Shown: positions 11,923 to 25,575 of the stretch, piece by piece
Layout: each line of letters starts with the position of its first letter
How positions within the stretch are numbered: position 1 is the stretch's first letter
Source: Octopus sinensis
Lineage: Eukaryota
NCBI RefSeq assembly: GCF_006345805.1
Contig: NC_043005.1
Coordinates: forward strand, 83,080,001-83,144,000
Length of the DNA stretch: 64,000 nucleotides
Reading direction: 5' to 3'
Notes under the pieces: generated by a model
The model's input: only the letters and a program-made list of their open reading frames with translations
The model's database searches: none
Told to the model about the DNA's origin: nothing
Made by a program: the position numbers and the translations under genes

Positions 11923-12047
11923 AAAATGGGGAAGGCCGGTATGTGGGATTACATTAGGTTTTCCGTCCATAAAGGATACGCCATAAAGCTAAACCCTTTA
12001 TGGACGGGAAACCTAAGGTAATCCCATAAATTGGCCTTCTCCATTTT
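11923..12047. repeat. Fold-back: 53-bp inverted arms, 19-bp spacer
   Basis: 11923-11975 vs 11995-12047, ungapped, 46/53 complementary; TA-rich flanks. Confidence 0.9.
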
Positions 12048-12115
<68 letters not shown>

Positions 12116-13146
12116 TAGAGTTTACGAAAAACTCTTAATGTTTTCTGTAAATGTTTAACTGTATATATACACCCGGTGATCAATACAGTATTAGATTCTG
12201 TCTGTTTGCCTTATTACGTATTCTCAACCAGTTTTTTTTTTTTTTTGCTTATTTTCTAAATTTGTTATGCTTTACTTGTTCACTAAAATTGCTTGTTTGT
12301 TTATCGCTTATTCGTGGATTGGCTTAATAGCTGTTTTGATTTTCTGTGGGCTACGTCATTTATATCCTGTTTACTAAAGTTATATTATATCTCAAATTGC
12401 TAAATATACATTTTTCATATAATTTTATGTTGTGCTGTTTTCAAATTTTCGTTCTGTATAATTCGTAAATTGCTATTATATTTCTAGGATCGTTAGAAAT
12501 GTATTTGACATAATTTGCTAGTTTATATTTGCATTTGTTAATCTTGTAATTAATATCTGAAGTCGCTAAAGTTATTTTTCATATTTTCTGCCTTGGGGGT
12601 TGCTTATTATATGATAGCTTTCGACTTTCTTTTCCATGACAAATTTGCTTTGTTGTACCACTGACGTTAGCATTGCTGTAATTTCCTCCTGCAGAGGAAG
12701 CAACAGTATGTCATCACTTCTATTTCCTCACCAGTAAATGAAATGACAACAAACAAATATATTAAAATCTTATTTTGCGACATCAGATACAAACTGAAAT
12801 TATAGAAAACACAAGAACCTAAAAGTATGACAACCAAAATCATATCTAATGATTTCAGATACAAAAAATATCTACAGACGAAATATTTTAGCTATACAGG
12901 CTAATCGCATAAACAAAATTCTGAAACAGAACAAACACTGAGCCAACCAATGCGTAAAAGATAATCCAATAAACAACACTAGCGAGTCAAAATACAGCTT
13001 ACAATAATAATAATAAATGGAGATTACTCAATAAAGAAGCAGACACAAAACTGTTATGATTGGTTAATAGAAATCGATACAGATAAACCCTTTCAGAAAA
13101 AAAACAAAAACGGGATTATCATATTGCATCCGTATTATTGTGAGGG

Positions 13147-13497
13147 GTAATATATATCCCCACTTAAACGTGTATGTTCTGTTGGAACAATATATACTGT
13201 GGTAGATACCATAAAATAAACTTATTTCGGTTGTTCTTGTAAAATGCACACTTGTTTATATCGCTAGCAACATCTCCAGCGTCGAGACCACCAGATCACC
13301 TGAATTCGACCTTCTTTGGTATTGTCAATGATGGATGCTCGATGAGCTGGAGATGGCTGGCATTTATCTTCCCGTTAGCGATATAAACTAGAGTGTTTTT
13401 TGTACCAGAAACCAGTATGAGAGTTTCTCTCATGGTATCTACTGCAATATAGCTTGTTCTAACAAAACATCCACGTTTAAGTGGGGATCGATATTAC
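13147..13497. repeat. About 350-bp fold-back: about 120-bp arms plus an inner stem
   Basis: 13147-13268 is similar to the reverse complement of 13374-13497 (CCCCACTTAAACGTG, GTAGATACCAT, GTTTATATCGCTA). Inner CATCTCCAGC/GCTGGAGATG at 13271-13280/13346-13355. Confidence 0.8.
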
Positions 13498-13764
13498 TTC
13501 ACGATATTAACATTGTCTCTGTCGCTTAATTATTTCATTATTATTGTGTTCGTGCTTACATAACTGTTAATTTGTTTGGGGGTAGTGATAGTTGTGTGAA
13601 TTTATACCTGAGATTTGTGGGAAACTGGGTGTTATTTCGTATTTTCTCTATACGTCGAATATGAGTTTCTAGTGTATGTGCATTGGTTCTGTAACTTGTC
13701 TACATGTCGATTCGTTTGAACTTATTGAAAGGCCTTTTTTATTTCAATACATCTACTCATTAAT

Positions 13765-13880
13765 CCGGCAAGCTGGCAGAATAGTTACCGTGCTGGAAAA
13801 TGCTTAGGGGCGTTTCTTGTAACTTTATGTTGTGGGTTCAAATACCGCCAGAGTAGACTTTGCATTTCATCCTTCTGGGG
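13765..13880 (+). mobile_element. SINE family C, decayed 5' part
   Basis: GGCAAGCTGGCAGAATAGTTA...GGGTTCAAATACCGCC...GACTTTGCATTTCATCCTT, homologous to 49277-49509. Confidence 0.7.
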
Positions 13881-14035
13881 ATTTTGTTATGGGATACGAG
13901 TATGATTTTTGTTTTGGGCGGATAGCACGGGACCCAAGTCTTGTATGCCAACATCATTTGGGCAATGCTGATGGAATACGTTGCACATCATGCAGATGAT
14001 GTAACGTTCACGGCGGCGTTGGAGAGAGAATAAGC

Positions 14036-15470
14036 TAGAGCTTTTCTAGTCGACCCCAATAGTCAAAGCCTGTCATGCCATATATTTTTTTTTCTTTTGT
14101 AATTGACCTTTGAGGTGCTTCAATTTTCGTGATACTCTGTTTCGTGTGGGGAGACCACAGTAGACAACAGTAATCAAGGTGGGATCGGGCAAAAGTAGAG
14201 AAGAGAAGAATAAAGTTCTGAGAATCCAGGAACACATTCTGCTGTTTATATGAGCGGCCCAGCTTATGTTGTTGTCCACAATAACTCCCAAGTCTCTGAT
14301 GCTGGATGCCATGAGAGTTTCACCTGAAGGAAGGGCGTATAAGAGTTTCAGGGTATCCTCTTTTCTGAAGTGGATTAACTCAAATTTTCTTCGTTCAGGA
14401 GCATATTATTCTTTTCTGGCCATTGGTCGACAGCCAGTAGATCTGACTGAAGGCATGCCCGGTCACCCACTTCATTGATGACCTTCTGGATCTTAGAATC
14501 ATCTGCAAATATCTTATGTTACTGTACTTGATGATGTCAGTAATGTCATTGATATAGATGATGAAAAGAAGTGGGCCCAACACAGTTCCTCGTGGAACAC
14601 CACTACTATCTTTGGCTGGGCTAATTTTACTCCTTCGACTACGTGTTGGGTTCTGTCTGTCAGGAAACACTTGATACATTGTTGTAACTTTCCAGAGACA
14701 CCAGTGTTGGATTATTTTTTTCAAGAGGATCTTATGATCCACCATGTCAAAGGCATTGCTGGAATCAAGGTAGATGACATCAGTGTTCGAACCCTCTCTT
14801 AAAGCTTTCAAAATGTCATCAGGGTGATGCAGGAGCTGCGTTAGGCAGTTCCTTCAATTACGGAATCCATGTTGGTTGGGGTTGAGGAGTCTGTTGCTTT
14901 CAAGAAAGTGGGTTACCCGTGATCTCACCACCCTCTCAAACACCTTGATGATACGAGAGGTGAGATCGACCGGTAGTTCACTGCAAGGGACTTGTTTCTC
15001 TTTTTAAAAACTGGGACAACAGACTGGGACAGAAAGTTTTCAGGAATATAACCAGCATCCAGTGAGTTCCTTCACAGATTAGCAAGAGGAGATGCAAGAT
15101 GGTGACCACACACTTTCAAGATACAAACAAGGAATCTATCAGGGTCTACTGCTGAATTGTGTTTAATTTCGTTTATTGCTGCTAAGAGATCAGGGGCGCC
15201 AACCGTTATGTCCGATATAGTGTGTTAAGGATTAACATCACTGATATAGTCGAGATCGGCCATATTAGGATTGCTAAAGACAGAGCAGTACTGTTTCTGC
15301 AGTATCCCACTCATGGTTTTGGCATTGTCTTGGAGAGCGCCATTTTCATCAATTTCAGGACCAACAGCCAAAGCAGTGACTTTGAGTTTTTTTCGCAAAA
15401 GAGGACACGTTGGGATTGAGTTTGATTTTCTCAACGGCCCATTTCTCTTCAGCTGTTCTTTGGTTATTGA
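14036..15470 (-). mobile_element. CR1/L2-group LINE, decayed ORF2 (RT)
   Basis: Minus-strand remnants DVIYLDSSNAFDMVDH, GVPRGTVLGPLLFIIYIND, RDLGVIVD, RSHLDYCCLLWSP and DYWGRLEKL, with frameshifts and stops. Confidence 0.9.
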
Positions 15471-16053
15471 TTAAGGTCGTCAAGCAGTGTATCGTATTAA
15501 ACAGCACATGGTATTACAATAATTTGAAAAAAAGTTACAAATATTCCACTGCTTTGGAAATACCTGTCTCTTAGGAAAAACTGGATAAGCGTCTATGTGC
15601 ATTTTCTGTCATTGACTGAAAACTATTATTAGACGAAAGTAGAAAGTTATAATTTTGTCTATGTTTTGCTTTTGACTTAACGAGACTATTGATTCTTGTA
15701 GATAGGTTCAAATTTCGTTACTCCTAATTTAACAGCCTTTCCGTAGTGACAGTTAGGCATTTATTTATTTCTTTACTTCTTTTCAGGAGTTTGCACACCA
15801 GACGGCCATAACTTCTTTTCTCTCTCTCTCTCTCTTTTCACTTCTCTCCATCACACCGTCTTTTCCTCGTTCCTCTCTTTCCTCTCTAAATATAGAGATA
15901 CTATCTCTCCCTTTTCTCTTTCTCTCTTTCTCTATCCCTTTATTTCATTCCATCACACTATCTTCCTTCATCGCCGTATTTCTTCATTACACTGTCTTTT
16001 CTTCGTTTCTCGCTTTCTCTCTCTCTCTATTTCCTATAAATACATTGACACAG

Positions 16054-16085
<32 letters not shown>

Positions 16086-16171
16086 CCTCGCCTCTCTCTC
16101 TCTTCTCTTCTCCCCCATCACGCCGTCCTTCTTTCAGCCATACAATCCACCTAATATTATATATACATATA

Positions 16172-16223
<52 letters not shown>

Positions 16224-16224
<1 letters not shown>

Positions 16225-16361
16225 AATGTAACATGTGACAATTATTCGGTAGCCATGATAAAACTCCGAGTTTTGGATGTTGAGGTGGAAATCCACGCCG
16301 CCATCTCTTCAGTTATCCGCCCATCGGGAAAATAATTAAATAATTGTCACATATTACATTT
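16224..16361 (-). other. 138-bp unit: 23-bp inverted repeats enclosing a near-complete type I hammerhead ribozyme
   Basis: Arms 16224-16246 and 16339-16361 are 22/23 complementary. The minus-strand interior reads GATAA-CTGAAGA-GATG...CATC-CAAAAC-TCGGA-GT-T-TTATC. Confidence 0.6.
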
Positions 16362-16529
16362 ACAGATAAATTATTTTATTTACATAACATCGAGGCTTTT
16401 TCATTGTTCGTTGTCTTGCCATGTTTATCAATATATATGTATATAATATATATATATATAATTATATATATATACACGCAATATTAAGTCTCTGACCGTG
16501 AAGTAAACGGTAGTAGTTCATGTTTGTAA

Positions 16530-17244
16530 TGCAAGCCATATGCTACAAATGTGTCCCAGAGAGAAAGGCCACTGTACACAAGAACAAAATCCCTAGGGAG
16601 AGGAAAATTCTTATGAGACGGCGTACAAAACTTCAAATTACCTAAACAAACCAATTGAAAGCAGTGAAAAATTCCGCCTGAAAATACAACTGCTGGAGAT
16701 TGAAAAGCACCTGCAACTCTCCCATAAAAAAGAAAGAGCAGACAAAGTAGCCTGGGCTATAATCAATATAAAACCTAGCAAAACCGCTGCAGTCCCTCTT
16801 CCAGAGCTTCCTTGCAACTGGCAAACTTCCAAGCAAGAAGGTAAAATACCCCCTATTCATAAAGGAGGTAGTAGAGCAAAGGCCAAAAACTACAGACCTA
16901 TCTCTCTGACCTCGCACATCAGCAAAGTCATGGAACGAATAGTCAGAAGAAAACTGATCACCTTCCTTGAGGTAAATGACTTGCTGACTGACACTGAAGA
17001 TGATTTCTGACCAGAAAGAAGCTGTCTGACTCAGCTCTATGAGTGGATGTTGAAACAGCTGCTCAACCACTCAAATGTGGATGTGATATATTTCAACTTT
17101 GCAAAGGCCTTCGATAAATTCCATCATGGAGTATGTCACAAGCTGCGTGATCTTGGCATAGTCGGAAAATTGGGAAAATGGCTGCATAACTTTCTGAAGG
17201 ATACAAGTCAGGTGGTAATAAACAATGGGGGCCACCTCCAATGA
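16530..17244 (+). mobile_element. CR1-type LINE fragment (ORF2, RT N-terminal half)
   Basis: HKGGSRAKAKNYRPISLTSHISKVMERIV, RSCLTQL, VDVIYFNFAKAFDK; internal deletion and stops. Confidence 0.9.
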
Positions 17245-17320
17245 CACGCAAACAGACAGCGGTCTATATATACATAGATAGATATATACATATACATATA
17301 TATACATATGTACAGGTATA

Positions 17321-17363
<43 letters not shown>

Positions 17364-17942
17364 ACATACACACACACACATACATACATATTTTCAAATA
17401 TGTATATGTAAGTCTCCCTGATTCTGTACAAGTCCGTTTTCTATTTTCCTACACTGTGTAATACATTTCGTGGCCACCTATTGATTGTCTGTTTGTGTCA
17501 GTTAATGTGCATGCATATGTGCGTGCGCGAGAGTATATATGCGTGAGCGCCTCTATATTAAGCCTATGTTTATGTAAACAGAACAATTTTAGACGACTTT
17601 AAACTAATTTTCTTCTGAGATTTTTATCTCTAAAGATGATAATCTTTACGTCTGGGAAATTTATGCCGTGACTCTCCAAAATTTATAAATATTTTCTAAA
17701 TTTCTGCTTTCAATTTTGTAGTTTACGTGTCTAATATTTCCAGATTTACACACATGATTTCTATCCAGTTAATGATCACTACAAAAATCGATATCTGCTG
17801 CACACTTTGAAGAAAGTTATATATGCTGTGTAAGTATGTTTGGTGCTATACATATGTATATGTATCACACACACACGCACACATACAAGCACACACACAT
17901 ATACATACTTCTCTCTTTCTCTTTATATATATATATTATATA

Positions 17943-18073
17943 CAGGGTGTCCCCAAAAAATGCATACACACCTTAAATAATTGTAAATTTGTTATTCTTT
18001 GTAAGCCTAGTACATATTCTATCGTTCTCTTTTGCCGAACCACTATGTGTATACATTTTTTGGGGACACCCTG
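17943..18073. mobile_element. Tc1/mariner-type MITE (131 bp)
   Basis: 28-bp TIRs CAGGGTGTCCCCAAAAAATGCATACACA (27/28 identical), TA on both sides. Confidence 0.9.
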
Positions 18074-18075
18074 TA

Positions 18076-18110
<35 letters not shown>

Positions 18111-18248
18111 GAAATTTGATATTCCAATATTTAGATGTGACGTGTGTTACCTATAGTAATCATTATCATCTCTGAACCTTGGCATTGAGTAATTTAAAAG
18201 TCACAAACGCGCGCGCGTGTGTTTGTGTGTGAGAGAGAGAGAGATTAA

Positions 18249-18308
<60 letters not shown>

Positions 18309-20258
18309 TATATATAAGTATACATACATATCTAGAAGAAGGATAATCTTACTTGAAACGTATGATGTTTGTATTACCCGGCTATTTATCGTCCAGTACT
18401 TCTTGCTTTGTTCTAGTTTAGCAGTTTCCATCATTTACTCGTGTGGGGAATACCTCTCTCACAGAAAAAATATTGGTTTACAATATCTTAGTCTCATTTC
18501 CGAACTTCTATTCTTCCCTGTACAAAACATAACATCTTACGAACTTCTTTTGAGCTAGTCTTTGTGGACATTTCTGTGAGACTATTGGAATGTCGTGTTT
18601 GTCTCTCATAACGAAATAGCACCACCTCGTAGTTTTCTGACTTAAGAGGAAACAGGAACGCAAAGCGAATAATGAAGTCAAAAACCAACATGTTGTTATG
18701 CATTAAGAACTTCATGATTTTCGTTTTCACTTTTAAGTATCAATCTGATAAAGAAACGAAAGCTCCATCACTGGAATTTGGATAACAACAAAGATAATTG
18801 TTACATGCAGAAATTTAAGAAAGTCCTGCATATTTTTATTGTTCCACTCACAGAATACATATGTAAAGTTCGTATTAGCGGATCTCTTTAAGAAACACTA
18901 TATGCACCAATGTCTATCGGTATAAATATAAATTTATTACTAGAGTAGAGGGGCTGCAAGGTTTGAAACAGTTATCCATAAACATTCTCCGTCTAACTTA
19001 TTTTGGAAGAGATGTACACATCTGCAGGGGAGCTAACCCCTATAACTATGCATCACTTCCCTTTTCTGTTCAAATAACTGAATATGTATTATGCGTTGCT
19101 GGTCGTAGATGAGAAAAGCAAAACACTTCCATGATGAAATGAAAGGCATATGTCAGCGTGATAGGTAAGTTCTCTTAACACCTACTACAAAAGGCACCCA
19201 TCGTTGTCACATATCTGCAAAAGAGTGCAGGTGCCTATCAGGATTGAAATGCCAAGCTTTGTGCTGCTCATCGTAAGAGAACAATTATGCGATGAAATTG
19301 CTTGAAATTGAATTGTAACCATCAACATATATGTGCGTATGTATCTATGTACGCATGCAAGCAAGTACTTATGTAACAATGTACGTGTCTTTCTAAGTAC
19401 TAAGTACGGGCTTCTTCCAGTTTCCGTCTACCAAATCCACTCACTTGGATTGAAAGTTAGTTTATAAACTGATGTTGTGTCCCATTTTATGATTTTTGAT
19501 AATATATGATATATGTTTGAATCGAGTAAAACATTTTATACGCAGTTTATTTTTAATAGTTGCCGTGTTCGATGTATTTATTGCTTTCAATTTGTTCGTG
19601 CATTGCTCTAAGATGAATAAGTTTGGTCAGTATCCGTTCTTAATGGTTATTTATTTTATTCTGTACATTTATTTGTATAATACTTGGTTCTTAAGCATAA
19701 AGATGCTTATCTAAGTTGCATTATCACCACCGGCATTTTAAAACTGTTTCAATATTCACCTTCTCTATATGTGCAGACATGCTTTACAATTCTTAATATA
19801 AACAGATTTCATAATTGCTGATTTTTAGAGGAATATTTAAGATGTCGCTAGACTGTTGGACAGATCTTTTATCTAAGTTTTCTTGTCATGTTTTTGTATT
19901 TTCCAATTGTCCACTACAAGTTTAAAACATATTTTGAAAATAAATGGAAATAAATATGTGCATGTACGTATGTATGCATGCATGCACGAATATATATATA
20001 TATATATATATATTTGAGTATACATTGTCTGGGAGATTTTTCTTATAGTAGAAGAAATAGCTAAGATTTTTGGGCTGCTAATTCTAAAAGTTCGGTGTGT
20101 GGTAAAGTAAATTATTTTACTCAACCCTAATTATATAACGTAATGTTTTAAATATACCGTAAATGGTCTTTTTACATACGGAACACTACTTGGTAAAATT
20201 AATTAATAATTAATTAGTTTTACCCTTTTATTATTGATATATATATATATATATATAT

Positions 20259-20640
20259 CGTGGAATTCCGTCGGTTACGACAACAAGGGTTCCAGTTGGT
20301 TCGATCAACCGAACAGCCTGCTCGTGGAATTACCGTGCAAGTGGCTGAGCACTCCACAGACACGTGTACCCTTAACATAGTTCTCAGCGAGATTCAGCGT
20401 GACACGGTGTGTGACAAGTTTGGCTCTTTGAAATACAGGTACAACAGAAACAGGAAGAAAGAGTGAGAGAAAGTTGTGGTGAAAGAGTACAGCAGGGTTC
20501 GCCACAACACCCTGCCGGAGCCTTGGGTAGCTTCAGGTGTTTTTGCTCATTAAACACTCACAACGCCCGGTCTGGGGATCGAAACCGCGATCCCACGACA
20601 CCGAGTCCGCTGCCTTAACCATTGGGCCATTCCACCTCCA
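20259..20640 (-). mobile_element. tRNA-derived SINE, family A, full length
   Basis: Minus-strand head TGGAGGTGGAATGGCCCAATGGTTAAGGCAGCGGACTCGG...GGTTTCGATCCCC; same tail as the 1966 copy. Confidence 0.85.
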
Positions 20641-20705
20641 CACACACGCATACATACACATATACATAATACATACATACATTCATGCATACATACATAC
20701 ATACA

Positions 20706-20757
<52 letters not shown>

Positions 20758-20808
20758 TAGGATGTAGGTATGTATATGTATATATGTATATATATATATA
20801 TATATATG

Positions 20809-20877
<69 letters not shown>

Positions 20878-20887
20878 TATATATATA

Positions 20888-21852
<965 letters not shown>

Positions 21853-23073
21853 ATACATACATACATACATACATACATACATACATACATACATACATGC
21901 ATGCATGCATGCATGCATACATACATACATACATACATACATACATACATACATACATACATACATACATACATACATACATCATATAACAAGACGCGAA
22001 ACTACAAAAATTTGACATCTCCAATCATATTTAAACTTTTATTTTAATTACATTTCTTGAATAACTTAATAATTTTGCGGTATTGTAGATTCTGTAGCAT
22101 GGTTCTAATATTCTGTATTTTTTGAATAACGTAGAATTTTTTAATCATGTGTGAGGTAATCACTTCCAATCGTATTACAGAAGATTTTCTCCCCTTATGA
22201 ATGATTTATTGGAAAAACAAAATTAAAGATGCACAGCATTCCTCTTAGGAGAATAGCTGTGCCAAAAGTCTTTCTATTAAGATTAATACAACTACAACTA
22301 AAGCTACTGCTATACTACCACAACTACTACAACTCATCAAATTCACTTTTTACTTACGTTTTGCTTTTTAAAGAAAATGAATTCTGCTCTTTAAGAGGAT
22401 CCCTTCTTGGTTCCGTATAGATTTAGTGACAAGAAACATTTGACGCAACAAGGCAAATATTATATTTATAAAAGACATAAAAAAACATTGGTTAATATTA
22501 CAAGAACAACAAACAGTGCTACTGAAATTAGTTGACCTGAGATCAGTTCTGATCTAGCAGACCTTTGATCAAAAATATTGCATCTGTAACTAACTCCTCT
22601 CTTTCTTACGGCGTTGGCTCGGGACTCACTAATTGGTGGCAAACAGAAACGTTTTATAAGAAGTTTCGAAGATCATTGCTTGAGCTTCATGGCTTTATCA
22701 CACGCACAAACAACGCAAGAGAAATTATTCACTATTGCTGATCCATATGGCTATCAGCATCGTCCAAAGAAATACGTGTATTGTGTTAAGTGGCAAGATA
22801 ATAAACTCAATTTCCTGCAGTTTTGGACAGCGATGCAGTTGGTCTTCTTTGACCATCAGATCAGTCCTGATGCAGCAAATTTCTCTTCAAAAGTGTTACA
22901 GCTATAACTAGCTCATCTTTTTATCCAAACCTAATCCACACTGGCTTGGGGCTCGTTTTTCAAAACTGTATCCTCGCTGCCTCGAGATGATTGTATAACC
23001 TTCATGCCCTTGTCAAAACCATTGGTAACATAAGAGAAGTGAAATAACAACGCTTCGCCGTGACTTATTTATA

Positions 23074-24259
23074 TTAGGCCATCCCATAAATTATGCGGTT
23101 TTTCAGTTACATGAACTAAAAGTCGGAGGGGCGGAATAAACTACCTGCAGATAGTAATTTTACCTTGGCCTTATTCTTAGAGCAAGTTTTGAAGAGTCCA
23201 GTTCGATTTTAACAGCTATTTTTTCAAAGCTGTACTGGAAGTGACAAAGGAGCATATTCAGCATATTTTGCTTTATGAGTTCAATGAAGGCAACAACGCA
23301 AAAGAAAGTGCGAGGAATATTAACGCAGTATATGGTGATTGGACAATAAGCGTAAGCCAGTGTCAACGGTGATTCCAGAAATTCCGAGCCGGAAACTACA
23401 GCCTAGAAGACGAGCCTCATCCTGAAAGATCAGTAGATTTCGACGAAGACTTCCTGCAAAACAAATCTCATCGTAACTGTTGAGGAACCAGCAGAGAAGC
23501 TTGGATTTGGTCATTCAACCATTCATCGACACCTGCGTGCCATCGAAAAAGCCTTGTAATTTGGGCCTATGGGTTCCGCAGAAAGTTCCTTAGTCTGATC
23601 GCGCGCAGAGAGTGAATGTGTGCTTTTCTTTGCTGTCGTGTCTCACAAATGAACCTTTTTTGGGCCGAACAGTGACTGTTGACGAGAAATGGGTTCTCTG
23701 TAAAAATGTCAAGCACCGAAGACAGTGAATAATGAAAGGAGAAGCACCGGCACCCCACGTAAGGTGTTGTTATCTGTTTGATGGGATATGAAAGGTTTAG
23801 TCCACTTTGAACTTTTAAACACAAAACAAACGATAACAAAGGAGATATACTGCGAGCAGCTTGAGCGGCTTAAGTCTGAGCTAGAAGAAAAGCAATCATT
23901 TCAAGATGAAAGGTGTCTTTCCATCAGGATAATACTCGGCCACATACGGCGAGGACATTCCACCCACCATATTCGCCGGACATTGCCCCATCTGAATATC
24001 ATTTATTCCACAGATTTTAAAATCATTTGGAGGGGGAAACATGAATTCTGTAGACGAGATCACAACAGTACTGGGTGAGTATTTTCGTCACGAACAAGTG
24101 AATTTTGGAAGAGAGGCCCTGAAAGCCTACCAGATAGATGGAAGTGCATTGTAGAAAATGAAGAAGAGTATATTTTAGATTAAAAAAGAACTGTGTTTAT
24201 CTTGATTTTGAAAACTAAAAGAAGTATAAAGAAACCGCATTATTTATGGGATGACCCAA
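23074..24259 (+). mobile_element. Mariner transposon, near full length, dead transposase (about 23235-24183)
   Basis: 29-bp TIRs (25/29) with TA on both sides. EVTKEHIQHILLYEF...FQKFRAGNYSLEDEP, WDMKGLVHFELL and LPDRWKCIVENEEEYILD*, with many frameshifts. Confidence 0.92.
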
Positions 24260-24412
24260 TATTCTATTTATCACCGTCCAATGAAATACGTCTAATGGGT
24301 TAAATGCATAGACAATACTAAATGTCCCTGCTATAGGAGAGAGAGCGAAGCAGGCGATCTTGTTTAACCTGAGATCAGTCCTGATCCAGCGGACGTTTAA
24401 TCAAATATGAAC

Positions 24413-24649
24413 GTAATTTCACTTGCTATTCTGGACATTGATACGGTTTCGATTCATAAATTTAGTGTTGCTCTTTCACTCCACGTTATATAGCTGCTAA
24501 TGAAAGCTGCTATAGCTGCTTTCCTTAGCAGCTATATAACGTGGAGTGTTAGCAGCTTTCATTAGCAGCTATATAACGTGGAGTGAAAGAGCAACAATAA
24601 ATTTATGAATCGAAACCGAATCAATGTCCAGAATAGCAAGTGAAATTAC
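24413..24649. repeat. Near-perfect inverted repeat, 100-bp arms
   Basis: 24413-24512 vs 24550-24649, ungapped, 98/100 complementary. The 37-bp spacer is itself a partial copy of the arm. Confidence 0.92.
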
Positions 24650-25451
24650 ATGTTATATAGCTGCTAATGTTCTGATTATTTAATATTATTCTGATTATTT
24701 TAGTATTGTTCTGATAATCCATCCCACCGAAGTATGTAACTATCTTACGCTGCGACCATTTCAACTTTTCATATTTCTTTCAATATATAACAGATTTTAC
24801 GGCTAAAAAGATTAACTTTATGACGTGTATAAAAATATAATCAATACTTATTGGAACGAGTAGAAAATTTTAAACGAATTGACAGAAACGGTAAGGCGAA
24901 AAGAATACATTTTACAGCTTTTTAGATGTCTCCTTCAACATTCTGAGTTCAGATCCCACCCACACTGTATTTTATGATTTATTTCTGTTGCGCCAATAAA
25001 AGAATATATATTCTAAGTACGCAGGAGAAGAATACATCTTAATCGATTAAACACATCTTCCAACGAAAATTGTGGCCTCGAGCAAGAGTACAAACAAAAA
25101 AATCAATATCTTTAAGAAGTTTGGTTCTGCGCATGTGTAGAAAATTTCTTGGTCAATATTTATTCTTCACTTTTAAATTTGATTACTTTTCTTCGTGTAT
25201 ATTTTGTTTGCTTTTTTGCTTGTTTGTTTTGTGTGTGTGTTTGTATTGTTTTTTTTTCCCCGACGCAATCACATTTTTGTAGATGTTAATAAATAAGAAA
25301 TAAATTAGGAGATTCACGCACTACACCAACTTCACATCAACACCGCACTGACACACAAATATATATATATATGTATTCATATGTATGTGTGTGTGTACAC
25401 GTATATATTCATATATTACATACATACATATATACACCGATATATATATAT

Positions 25452-25493
<42 letters not shown>

Positions 25494-25527
25494 CATACAT
25501 ACATATATATACACAGATAGATAGATC

Positions 25528-25558
<31 letters not shown>

Positions 25559-25575
25559 GATAGATAGATAGATAG

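Noticed and set aside
19109-19164. 56-bp plus-strand candidate exon (MRKAKHFHDEMKGICQRD, donor AG|GTAAGT)
   Set aside because: Weak acceptor, no homology recognised, no partner exons.
22614-22907. 97-aa ORF; an alternative frame has NWWQTETF, reminiscent of M13 peptidases
   Set aside because: Non-ATG start, short open stretch, no convincing splice sites or additional motifs.
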